Assembly (NCBI GenBank): GCA_002189035.1
Contig: NEEC01000085.1
Span: 1 to 43,540 of the forward strand
Reading direction: 5' to 3'
DNA from: Utricularia gibba
Lineage: Eukaryota > Plantae > Magnoliophyta
DNA length: 43,540 nt
In this document: positions 1 to 10,700 of the stretch, piece after piece
Layout: every line of letters begins with the position of its first letter
Numbering within the stretch: position 1 is the stretch's first letter
The notes under the pieces: model-generated
Told to the model about the DNA's origin: nothing
What the model saw: only the letters and a program-made list of their open reading frames with translations
Database searches by the model: none
Position numbers and translations under genes: made by a program

Positions 1-1961
1 GCTCCCAACTACAGCACCACCTTAAAACGGCAAGCTGTTGCTTGAAAAACCATTTAGGCAGCCGCCGAAAACCCATCGTTGATAAATGCATCACTTATTT
101 TCCGGGCTACAACTGACTATTGGCCTGAGCCCGACCCGACCTCTGGCCCAATCCCGAAACCTCCGAGGGCGCCTTCTCAAATATATAGCAGAGTGTTGAG
201 AAAACCCATTGGGGTTCTCATGACATCCTAACTACATCAAATGCGTTACGATTTTCGTCGAGTGCGACCCGATTGGGCTTAGTAGCCAGACCGAATCTCG
301 GGCCGGACAAAGCTCCCAACGACAGCACCCGACTTTAAATGGCAAGCTGTTTGCTTGAAAAACCATGTGGGCAGCCGCCGACAACCCAACGTTAATAAAT
401 GCATCACTTCTTTTGCCGGGCTACAGCTGACTTTGGGCTCAAGCCCGACCCGAATCCGGCCCGATCTCGGTGACCCACAAAAGCGCCTTGTCAAGTGTAA
501 AGCATGCTGTTGAAAAAACCATTTGGGGTGGTCATGAGATCCTAACTTCAATAAAGGTCACGATTTTCGTCGAATGGGATCGGATTGTGCTGTGAAGTCA
601 GACCGAACCTTGGTCCGGACGAAGTTCCCAACAACAGCACCCGCAAAAAAACGACAACTTTTCCTCGAAAAAAGCATGTAGGCAGCCGCCGAAAACCCAA
701 CGTTAATAAATGCATCACTTTTTTGGCCGGGCTACAAATGACTATGGGCCAGAGCGCGACTCGACCATTTGCTCGATACTAGTGCCAGCCTAGAGCGCCT
801 CCTCAAATATAAATCAGGTTGTTGAGAAAACCATTTGGGGTGCTCATGACATCCTAACTTCAAAAAATGCATCACGATTTTCATCGAGTAGCACCGATTG
901 GGCTCAGGAGCCAGACCGAACCTTGGGCCCTTACAAAGCTGCCAACGACAGCACCCGCCTTAAAATGGCAAGCTATTGCTTGAAAAACCATTCAGGCAGC
1001 CGCCGAAAACCCAACGTTGATAAATGCATCACTTATTTTCCGGGCTACAACTGACTATGGGCCATAGCCCGACCCGACCTCTGGCCCAATCCCGAAACCC
1101 CCCAAGAGCGCCTTCTGAAATATAAAGTAGAGTGTTGAGAAAACCCGTTGGGGTTCTCATGACATCCTAACTAAAGCAAATGCATTACGATTTCGTCGAG
1201 TACGACCCGATTGGGCTTAGTAGCCAGACCGAATCTCGGGCCCTGACAAAGCTCCCAACTACAGCACCCACCTTAAAACGGCAAGCTGTTGCTTGAAAAA
1301 CCATTTAGGCAGCCGCCGAAAACCCATCGTTGATAAATGCATCACTTATTTTCCGGGCTACAACTGACTATTGGCCTGAGCCCGACCCGACCTCTGGCCC
1401 AATCCCGAAACCCTCCGAGGGCGCCTTCTCAAATATATAGCAGAGTGTTGAGAAAACCCATTGGGGTTCTCATGACATCCTAACTACATCAAATGCGTTA
1501 CGATTTTCGTCGAGTGCGACCCGATTGGGCTTAGTAGCCAGACCGAATCTCGGGCCGGACAAAGCTCCCAACGACAGCACCCGACTTTAAATGGCAAGCT
1601 ATTGCTTGACAAACCATGTGGGCAGCCGCCGACAACCCAACGTTAATAAATGCATCACTTCTTTTGCCGGGCTACAGCTGACTTTGGGCTCAAGCCCGAC
1701 CCGAATCCGGCCCGATCTCGGTGACCCACAAAAGCGCCTTGTCAAGTGTAAAGCATGCTGTTGAAAAAACCATTTGGGGTGGTCATGAGATCCTAACTTC
1801 AATAAAGGCATCACGATTTACGTCGAATGGGATCGGATTGTGCTGTGAAGTCAGACCGATCCTTGGGTCCGGACGAAGTTCCCAACAACAGCACCCGCAA
1901 AAAAACGACAACTTTTCCTCGAAAAAAGCATGTAGGCAGCCGCCGAAAACCCAACGTTAAT

Positions 1962-2900
1962 AAATGCATCACTTTTTTGGCCGGGCTACAAATGACTATG
2001 GGCCAGAGCGCGACTCGACCATTTGCTCGATACTAGTGCCAGCCTAGAGCGCCTCCTCAAATATAAATCAGGTTGTTGAGAAAACCATTTGGGGTGCTCA
2101 TGACATCCTAACTTCAAAAAATGCATCACGATTTTCATCGAGTAGCACCCGATTGGGCTCAGGAGCCAGACCGAACCTTGGGCCCTTACAAAGCTGCCAA
2201 CGACAGCACCCGCCTTAAAATGGCAAGCTATTGCTTGAAAAACCATTCAGGCAGCCGCCGAAAACCCAACGTTGATAAATGCATCACTTATTTTCCGGGC
2301 TACAACTGACTATGGCCTGAGCCCGACCCGACCTCTGGCCCAATCCCGAAACCCCCGAGGCGCCTTCTCAAATATATAGCAGAGTGTTGAGAAAACCCAT
2401 TGGGGTTCTCATGACATCCTAACTACATCAAATGCGTTACGATTTTCGTCGAGTGCGACCCGATTGGGCTTAGTAGCCAGACCGAATCTCGGGCCGGACA
2501 AAGCTCCCAACGACAGCACCCGACTTTAAATGGCAAGCTGTTGCTTGACAAACCATGTGGGCAGCCGCCGACAACCCAACGTTAATAAATGCATCACTTC
2601 TTTTGCCGGGCTACAGCTGACTTTGGGCTCAAGCCCGACCCGAATCCGGCCCGATCTCGGTGACCCACAAAAGCGCCTTGTCAAGTGTAAAGCATGCTGT
2701 TGAAAAAACCATTTGGGGTGGTCATGAGATCCTAACTTCAATAAAGGCATCACGATTTACGTCGAATGGGATCGGATTGTGCTGTGAAGTCAGACCGATC
2801 CTTGGGTCCGGACGAAGTTCCCAACAACAGCACCCGCAAAAAAACGACAACTTTTCCTCGAAAAAAGCATGTAGGCAGCCGCCGAAAACCCAACGTTAAT
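1962..2900 (+). repeat. 3-mer HOR variant (939 bp): C, D/A hybrid monomer, B
   Basis: C anchors at 1962 and 2901 are 939 bp apart. Monomer 2277-2586 (310 bp) reads TATGGCCTGAG and GAAACCCCCGAGGCGCC, intermediate between D and A. Confidence 0.85.
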
Positions 2901-3500
2901 AAATGCATCACTTTTTTGGCCGGGCTACAAATGACTATGGGCCAGAGCGCGACTCGACCATTTGCTCGATACTAGTGCCAGCCTAGAGCGCCTCCTCAAA
3001 TATAAATCAGGTTGTTGAGAAAACCATTTGGGGTGCTCATGACATCCTAACTTCAAAAAATGCATCACGATTTTCATCGAGTAGCACCCGATTGGGCTCA
3101 GGAGCCAGACCGAACCTTGGGCCCTTACAAAGCTGCCAACGACAGCACCCGCCTTAAAATGGCAAGCTATTGCTTGAAAAACCATTCAGGCAGCCGCCGA
3201 AAACCCAACGTTGATAAATGCATCACTTATTTTCCGGGCTACAACTGACTATGGGCCATAGCCCGACCCGACCTCTGGCCCAATCCCGAAACCCCCAAGA
3301 GCGCCTTCTGAAATATAAAGTAGAGTGTTGAGAAAACCCGTTGGGGTTCTCATGACATCCTAACTAAAGCAAATGCATTACGATTTCGTCGAGTACGACC
3401 CGATTGGGCTTAGTAGCCAGACCGAATCTCGGGCCCTGACAAAGCTCCCAACTACAGCACCCACCTTAAAACGGCAAGCTGTTGCTTGAAAAACCATTTA

Positions 3501-3540
3501 GGCAGCCGCCGAAAACCCATCGTTGATAAATGCATCACTT
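3501..3540 (+). other. 40-bp block nearly invariant in all four monomer types: GGCAGCCGCCGAMAACCCAWCGTTRATAAATGCATCACTT
   Basis: Comparing the four monomer junctions of a canonical HOR (ending 3540, 3853, 4167, 4482) shows only 3 variable positions of 40. Confidence 0.85.
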
Positions 3541-3840
3541 ATTTTCCGGGCTACAACTGACTATTGGCCTGAGCCCGACCCGACCTCTGGCCCAATCCCG
3601 AAACCCTCCGAGGGCGCCTTCTCAAATATATAGCAGAGTGTTGAGAAAACCCATTGGGGTTCTCATGACATCCTAACTACATCAAATGCGTTACGATTTT
3701 CGTCGAGTGCGACCCGATTGGGCTTAGTAGCCAGACCGAATCTCGGGCCGGACAAAGCTCCCAACGACAGCACCCGACTTTAAATGGCAAGCTATTGCTT
3801 GACAAACCATGTGGGCAGCCGCCGACAACCCAACGTTAAT
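3528..3840 (+). repeat. Monomer type A (313 bp)
   Basis: Diagnostic words TATTGGCCTGAG, GAAACCCTCCGAGGG, CCCGACTTTAAATGG. About 29 differences from D by hand count (~91% identity). Confidence 0.95.
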
Positions 3841-4154
3841 AAATGCATCACTTCTTTTGCCGGGCTACAGCTGACTTTGGGCTCAAGCCCGACCCGAATC
3901 CGGCCCGATCTCGGTGACCCACAAAAGCGCCTTGTCAAGTGTAAAGCATGCTGTTGAAAAAACCATTTGGGGTGGTCATGAGATCCTAACTTCAATAAAG
4001 GCATCACGATTTACGTCGAATGGGATCGGATTGTGCTGTGAAGTCAGACCGATCCTTGGGTCCGGACGAAGTTCCCAACAACAGCACCCGCAAAAAAACG
4101 ACAACTTTTCCTCGAAAAAAGCATGTAGGCAGCCGCCGAAAACCCAACGTTAAT
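3841..4154 (+). repeat. Monomer type B (314 bp), the most divergent monomer
   Basis: Diagnostic words GGGCTCAAGCCC, GTGTAAAGCATGC, CGCAAAAAAACGACAACTTTTCC. About 22-24% divergent from the other monomer halves I compared by hand. Confidence 0.95.
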
Positions 4155-4469
4155 AAATGCATCACTTTTTTGGCCGGGCTACAAATGACTATGGGCCAGA
4201 GCGCGACTCGACCATTTGCTCGATACTAGTGCCAGCCTAGAGCGCCTCCTCAAATATAAATCAGGTTGTTGAGAAAACCATTTGGGGTGCTCATGACATC
4301 CTAACTTCAAAAAATGCATCACGATTTTCATCGAGTAGCACCCGATTGGGCTCAGGAGCCAGACCGAACCTTGGGCCCTTACAAAGCTGCCAACGACAGC
4401 ACCCGCCTTAAAATGGCAAGCTATTGCTTGAAAAACCATTCAGGCAGCCGCCGAAAACCCAACGTTGAT
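4155..4469 (+). repeat. Monomer type C (315 bp)
   Basis: Diagnostic words GATACTAGTGCC, GGGCTCAGGAGCC, CCATTCAGG. About 84% identical to D overall by hand count. Confidence 0.95.
4155..4469 (+). repeat. Internal ~157-bp sub-repeat: each monomer is a diverged dimer (example C1 4155-4311, C2 4312-4469)
   Basis: AAATGCATCAC starts both halves. In-phase homology continues: AGCCCGACCCGACCTCTGGCCC (D1) vs AGCCAGACCGAACCTTGGGCCC (C2), 17/22; TTGAGAAAACC vs TTGAAAAACC; GACATCCTAAC vs GAAAACCCAAC. Half lengths are A 156/157, B 156/158, C 157/158, D 155/157. Confidence 0.9.
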
Positions 4470-4781
4470 AAATGCATCACTTATTTTCCGGGCTACAACT
4501 GACTATGGGCCATAGCCCGACCCGACCTCTGGCCCAATCCCGAAACCCCCAAGAGCGCCTTCTGAAATATAAAGTAGAGTGTTGAGAAAACCCGTTGGGG
4601 TTCTCATGACATCCTAACTAAAGCAAATGCATTACGATTTCGTCGAGTACGACCCGATTGGGCTTAGTAGCCAGACCGAATCTCGGGCCCTGACAAAGCT
4701 CCCAACTACAGCACCCACCTTAAAACGGCAAGCTGTTGCTTGAAAAACCATTTAGGCAGCCGCCGAAAACCCATCGTTGAT
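4470..4781 (+). repeat. Monomer type D (312/313 bp; C5 or C6 run)
   Basis: Diagnostic words TATGGGCCATAG, GAAACCCCC(C)AAGAG, CCCACCTTAAAACGG. The C5/C6 run accounts for the 1,254 versus 1,255-bp spacing. Confidence 0.95.
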
Positions 4782-7700
4782 AAATGCATCACTTATTTTC
4801 CGGGCTACAACTGACTATTGGCCTGAGCCCGACCCGACCTCTGGCCCAATCCCGAAACCCTCCGAGGGCGCCTTCTCAAATATATAGCAGAGTGTTGAGA
4901 AAACCCATTGGGGTTCTCATGACATCCTAACTACATCAAATGCGTTACGATTTTCGTCGAGTGCGACCCGATTGGGCTTAGTAGCCAGACCGAATCTCGG
5001 GCCGGACAAAGCTCCCAACGACAGCACCCGACTTTAAATGGCAAGCTATTGCTTGACAAACCATGTGGGCAGCCGCCGACAACCCAACGTTAATAAATGC
5101 ATCACTTCTTTTGCCGGGCTACAGCTGACTTTGGGCTCAAGCCCGACCCGAATCCGGCCCGATCTCGGTGACCCACAAAAGCGCCTTGTCAAGTGTAAAG
5201 CATGCTGTTGAAAAAACCATTTGGGGTGGTCATGAGATCCTAACTTCAATAAAGGCATCACGATTTACGTCGAATGGGATCGGATTGTGCTGTGAAGTCA
5301 GACCGATCCTTGGGTCCGGACGAAGTTCCCAACAACAGCACCCGCAAAAAAACGACAACTTTTCCTCGAAAAAAGCATGTAGGCAGCCGCCGAAAACCCA
5401 ACGTTAATAAATGCATCACTTTTTTGGCCGGGCTACAAATGACTATGGGCCAGAGCGCGACTCGACCATTTGCTCGATACTAGTGCCAGCCTAGAGCGCC
5501 TCCTCAAATATAAATCAGGTTGTTGAGAAAACCATTTGGGGTGCTCATGACATCCTAACTTCAAAAAATGCATCACGATTTTCATCGAGTAGCACCCGAT
5601 TGGGCTCAGGAGCCAGACCGAACCTTGGGCCCTTACAAAGCTGCCAACGACAGCACCCGCCTTAAAATGGCAAGCTATTGCTTGAAAAACCATTCAGGCA
5701 GCCGCCGAAAACCCAACGTTGATAAATGCATCACTTATTTTCCGGGCTACAACTGACTATGGGCCATAGCCCGACCCGACCTCTGGCCCAATCCCGAAAC
5801 CCCCCAAGAGCGCCTTCTGAAATATAAAGTAGAGTGTTGAGAAAACCCGTTGGGGTTCTCATGACATCCTAACTAAAGCAAATGCATTACGATTTCGTCG
5901 AGTACGACCCGATTGGGCTTAGTAGCCAGACCGAATCTCGGGCCCTGACAAAGCTCCCAACTACAGCACCCACCTTAAAACGGCAAGCTGTTGCTTGAAA
6001 AACCATTTAGGCAGCCGCCGAAAACCCATCGTTGATAAATGCATCACTTATTTTCCGGGCTACAACTGACTATTGGCCTGAGCCCGACCCGACCTCTGGC
6101 CCAATCCCGAAACCCTCCGAGGGCGCCTTCTCAAATATATAGCAGAGTGTTGAGAAAACCCATTGGGGTTCTCATGACATCCTAACTACATCAAATGCGT
6201 TACGATTTTCGTCGAGTGCGACCCGATTGGGCTTAGTAGCCAGACCGAATCTCGGGCCGGACAAAGCTCCCAACGACAGCACCCGACTTTAAATGGCAAG
6301 CTATTGCTTGACAAACCATGTGGGCAGCCGCCGACAACCCAACGTTAATAAATGCATCACTTCTTTTGCCGGGCTACAGCTGACTTTGGGCTCAAGCCCG
6401 ACCCGAATCCGGCCCGATCTCGGTGACCCACAAAAGCGCCTTGTCAAGTGTAAAGCATGCTGTTGAAAAAACCATTTGGGGTGGTCATGAGATCCTAACT
6501 TCAATAAAGGCATCACGATTTACGTCGAATGGGATCGGATTGTGCTGTGAAGTCAGACCGATCCTTGGGTCCGGACGAAGTTCCCAACAACAGCACCCGC
6601 AAAAAAACGACAACTTTTCCTCGAAAAAAGCATGTAGGCAGCCGCCGAAAACCCAACGTTAATAAATGCATCACTTTTTTGGCCGGGCTACAAATGACTA
6701 TGGGCCAGAGCGCGACTCGACCATTTGCTCGATACTAGTGCCAGCCTAGAGCGCCTCCTCAAATATAAATCAGGTTGTTGAGAAAACCATTTGGGGTGCT
6801 CATGACATCCTAACTTCAAAAAATGCATCACGATTTTCATCGAGTAGCACCCGATTGGGCTCAGGAGCCAGACCGAACCTTGGGCCCTTACAAAGCTGCC
6901 AACGACAGCACCCGCCTTAAAATGGCAAGCTATTGCTTGAAAAACCATTCAGGCAGCCGCCGAAAACCCAACGTTGATAAATGCATCACTTATTTTCCGG
7001 GCTACAACTGACTATGGGCCATAGCCCGACCCGACCTCTGGCCCAATCCCGAAACCCCCCAAGAGCGCCTTCTGAAATATAAAGTAGAGTGTTGAGAAAA
7101 CCCGTTGGGGTTCTCATGACATCCTAACTAAAGCAAATGCATTACGATTTCGTCGAGTACGACCCGATTGGGCTTAGTAGCCAGACCGAATCTCGGGCCC
7201 TGACAAAGCTCCCAACTACAGCACCCACCTTAAAACGGCAAGCTGTTGCTTGAAAAACCATTTAGGCAGCCGCCGAAAACCCATCGTTGATAAATGCATC
7301 ACTTATTTTCCGGGCTACAACTGACTATTGGCCTGAGCCCGACCCGACCTCTGGCCCAATCCCGAAACCCTCCGAGGGCGCCTTCTCAAATATATAGCAG
7401 AGTGTTGAGAAAACCCATTGGGGTTCTCATGACATCCTAACTACATCAAATGCGTTACGATTTTCGTCGAGTGCGACCCGATTGGGCTTAGTAGCCAGAC
7501 CGAATCTCGGGCCGGACAAAGCTCCCAACGACAGCACCCGACTTTAAATGGCAAGCTATTGCTTGACAAACCATGTGGGCAGCCGCCGACAACCCAACGT
7601 TAATAAATGCATCACTTCTTTTGCCGGGCTACAGCTGACTTTGGGCTCAAGCCCGACCCGAATCCGGCCCGATCTCGGTGACCCACAAAAGCGCCTTGTC

Positions 7701-10700
7701 AAGTGTAAAGCATGCTGTTGAAAAAACCATTTGGGGTGGTCATGAGATCCTAACTTCAATAAAGGCATCACGATTTACGTCGAATGGGATCGGATTGTGC
7801 TGTGAAGTCAGACCGATCCTTGGGTCCGGACGAAGTTCCCAACAACAGCACCCGCAAAAAAACGACAACTTTTCCTCGAAAAAAGCATGTAGGCAGCCGC
7901 CGAAAACCCAACGTTAATAAATGCATCACTTTTTTGGCCGGGCTACAAATGACTATGGGCCAGAGCGCGACTCGACCATTTGCTCGATACTAGTGCCAGC
8001 CTAGAGCGCCTCCTCAAATATAAATCAGGTTGTTGAGAAAACCATTTGGGGTGCTCATGACATCCTAACTTCAAAAAATGCATCACGATTTTCATCGAGT
8101 AGCACCCGATTGGGCTCAGGAGCCAGACCGAACCTTGGGCCCTTACAAAGCTGCCAACGACAGCACCCGCCTTAAAATGGCAAGCTATTGCTTGAAAAAC
8201 CATTCAGGCAGCCGCCGAAAACCCAACGTTGATAAATGCATCACTTATTTTCCGGGCTACAACTGACTATGGGCCATAGCCCGACCCGACCTCTGGCCCA
8301 ATCCCGAAACCCCCAAGAGCGCCTTCTGAAATATAAAGTAGAGTGTTGAGAAAACCCGTTGGGGTTCTCATGACATCCTAACTAAAGCAAATGCATTACG
8401 ATTTCGTCGAGTACGACCCGATTGGGCTTAGTAGCCAGACCGAATCTCGGGCCCTGACAAAGCTCCCAACTACAGCACCCACCTTAAAACGGCAAGCTGT
8501 TGCTTGAAAAACCATTTAGGCAGCCGCCGAAAACCCATCGTTGATAAATGCATCACTTATTTTCCGGGCTACAACTGACTATTGGCCTGAGCCCGACCCG
8601 ACCTCTGGCCCAATCCCGAAACCCTCCGAGGGCGCCTTCTCAAATATATAGCAGAGTGTTGAGAAAACCCATTGGGGTTCTCATGACATCCTAACTACAT
8701 CAAATGCGTTACGATTTTCGTCGAGTGCGACCCGATTGGGCTTAGTAGCCAGACCGAATCTCGGGCCGGACAAAGCTCCCAACGACAGCACCCGACTTTA
8801 AATGGCAAGCTATTGCTTGACAAACCATGTGGGCAGCCGCCGACAACCCAACGTTAATAAATGCATCACTTCTTTTGCCGGGCTACAGCTGACTTTGGGC
8901 TCAAGCCCGACCCGAATCCGGCCCGATCTCGGTGACCCACAAAAGCGCCTTGTCAAGTGTAAAGCATGCTGTTGAAAAAACCATTTGGGGTGGTCATGAG
9001 ATCCTAACTTCAATAAAGGCATCACGATTTACGTCGAATGGGATCGGATTGTGCTGTGAAGTCAGACCGATCCTTGGGTCCGGACGAAGTTCCCAACAAC
9101 AGCACCCGCAAAAAAACGACAACTTTTCCTCGAAAAAAGCATGTAGGCAGCCGCCGAAAACCCAACGTTAATAAATGCATCACTTTTTTGGCCGGGCTAC
9201 AAATGACTATGGGCCAGAGCGCGACTCGACCATTTGCTCGATACTAGTGCCAGCCTAGAGCGCCTCCTCAAATATAAATCAGGTTGTTGAGAAAACCATT
9301 TGGGGTGCTCATGACATCCTAACTTCAAAAAATGCATCACGATTTTCATCGAGTAGCACCCGATTGGGCTCAGGAGCCAGACCGAACCTTGGGCCCTTAC
9401 AAAGCTGCCAACGACAGCACCCGCCTTAAAATGGCAAGCTATTGCTTGAAAAACCATTCAGGCAGCCGCCGAAAACCCAACGTTGATAAATGCATCACTT
9501 ATTTTCCGGGCTACAACTGACTATGGGCCATAGCCCGACCCGACCTCTGGCCCAATCCCGAAACCCCCAAGAGCGCCTTCTGAAATATAAAGTAGAGTGT
9601 TGAGAAAACCCGTTGGGGTTCTCATGACATCCTAACTAAAGCAAATGCATTACGATTTCGTCGAGTACGACCCGATTGGGCTTAGTAGCCAGACCGAATC
9701 TCGGGCCCTGACAAAGCTCCCAACTACAGCACCCACCTTAAAACGGCAAGCTGTTGCTTGAAAAACCATTTAGGCAGCCGCCGAAAACCCATCGTTGATA
9801 AATGCATCACTTATTTTCCGGGCTACAACTGACTATTGGCCTGAGCCCGACCCGACCTCTGGCCCAATCCCGAAACCCTCCGAGGGCGCCTTCTCAAATA
9901 TATAGCAGAGTGTTGAGAAAACCCATTGGGGTTCTCATGACATCCTAACTACATCAAATGCGTTACGATTTTCGTCGAGTGCGACCCGATTGGGCTTAGT
10001 AGCCAGACCGAATCTCGGGCCGGACAAAGCTCCCAACGACAGCACCCGACTTTAAATGGCAAGCTATTGCTTGACAAACCATGTGGGCAGCCGCCGACAA
10101 CCCAACGTTAATAAATGCATCACTTCTTTTGCCGGGCTACAGCTGACTTTGGGCTCAAGCCCGACCCGAATCCGGCCCGATCTCGGTGACCCACAAAAGC
10201 GCCTTGTCAAGTGTAAAGCATGCTGTTGAAAAAACCATTTGGGGTGGTCATGAGATCCTAACTTCAATAAAGGCATCACGATTTACGTCGAATGGGATCG
10301 GATTGTGCTGTGAAGTCAGACCGATCCTTGGGTCCGGACGAAGTTCCCAACAACAGCACCCGCAAAAAAACGACAACTTTTCCTCGAAAAAAGCATGTAG
10401 GCAGCCGCCGAAAACCCAACGTTAATAAATGCATCACTTTTTTGGCCGGGCTACAAATGACTATGGGCCAGAGCGCGACTCGACCATTTGCTCGATACTA
10501 GTGCCAGCCTAGAGCGCCTCCTCAAATATAAATCAGGTTGTTGAGAAAACCATTTGGGGTGCTCATGACATCCTAACTTCAAAAAATGCATCACGATTTT
10601 CATCGAGTAGCACCCGATTGGGCTCAGGAGCCAGACCGAACCTTGGGCCCTTACAAAGCTGCCAACGACAGCACCCGCCTTAAAATGGCAAGCTATTGCT

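Larger units (their letters stand above)
3528..4781 (+). repeat. Representative canonical HOR unit, A-B-C-D, 1,254 bp
   Basis: Anchors AAATGCATCACTT at 3528, 3841, 4155, 4470 and 4782 give 313+314+315+312 bp. Sites seen once per HOR: SpeI ACTAGT (C), SphI GCATGC and PvuII CAGCTG (B), DraI TTTAAA (A). BspHI TCATGA occurs once per monomer. Confidence 0.97.

Noticed and set aside
3492-3680. Telomere-like words (TTAGGC in D; CCTAA, i.e. TTAGG on the minus strand, in each monomer)
   Set aside because: These are single isolated copies, never tandem.
4321-4350. Relationship to grass CentO/CentC (similar 155-157-bp unit; words GCACCCGAT and CCCATTGG recalled from CentO)
   Set aside because: The matches are 8-9 bp, based on memory, and not colinear in this repeat. 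Unit length alone is not diagnostic, and the same applies to other reported ~313-bp plant satellites. A BLASTN alignment over most of a unit would be required.
4368-4382. tRNA/SINE B-box-like GGTTCGGTC on the minus strand of C2
   Set aside because: It mismatches GTTCRANNC, is not kept in A or D, and I see no A box or cloverleaf. No rRNA or tRNA similarity was recognised anywhere.
3841-4469. B and C as a sister pair, i.e. an (AD)(BC) double duplication
   Set aside because: B1 is about equally distant from C1 (~23%) and A1 (~24%). Shared B/C states such as GCATCAC match the other half-unit and so look ancestral.
3501-4482. CRISPR-like reading: conserved 40-bp repeat separated by variable sequence
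   Set aside because: The intervening ~273-bp segments are homologous to each other and recur every fourth unit. They are not unique 25-45-bp spacers, and there are no cas genes.
4255-4573. TATA-like TATAAA (C1, D1; TATATA in A1) and AATAAA words as promoter or poly(A) signals
   Set aside because: These are hexamers with no associated gene or supporting element, and the TATA-like word is degraded in B (TGTAAA). Satellite transcription would need RNA or CAGE data.
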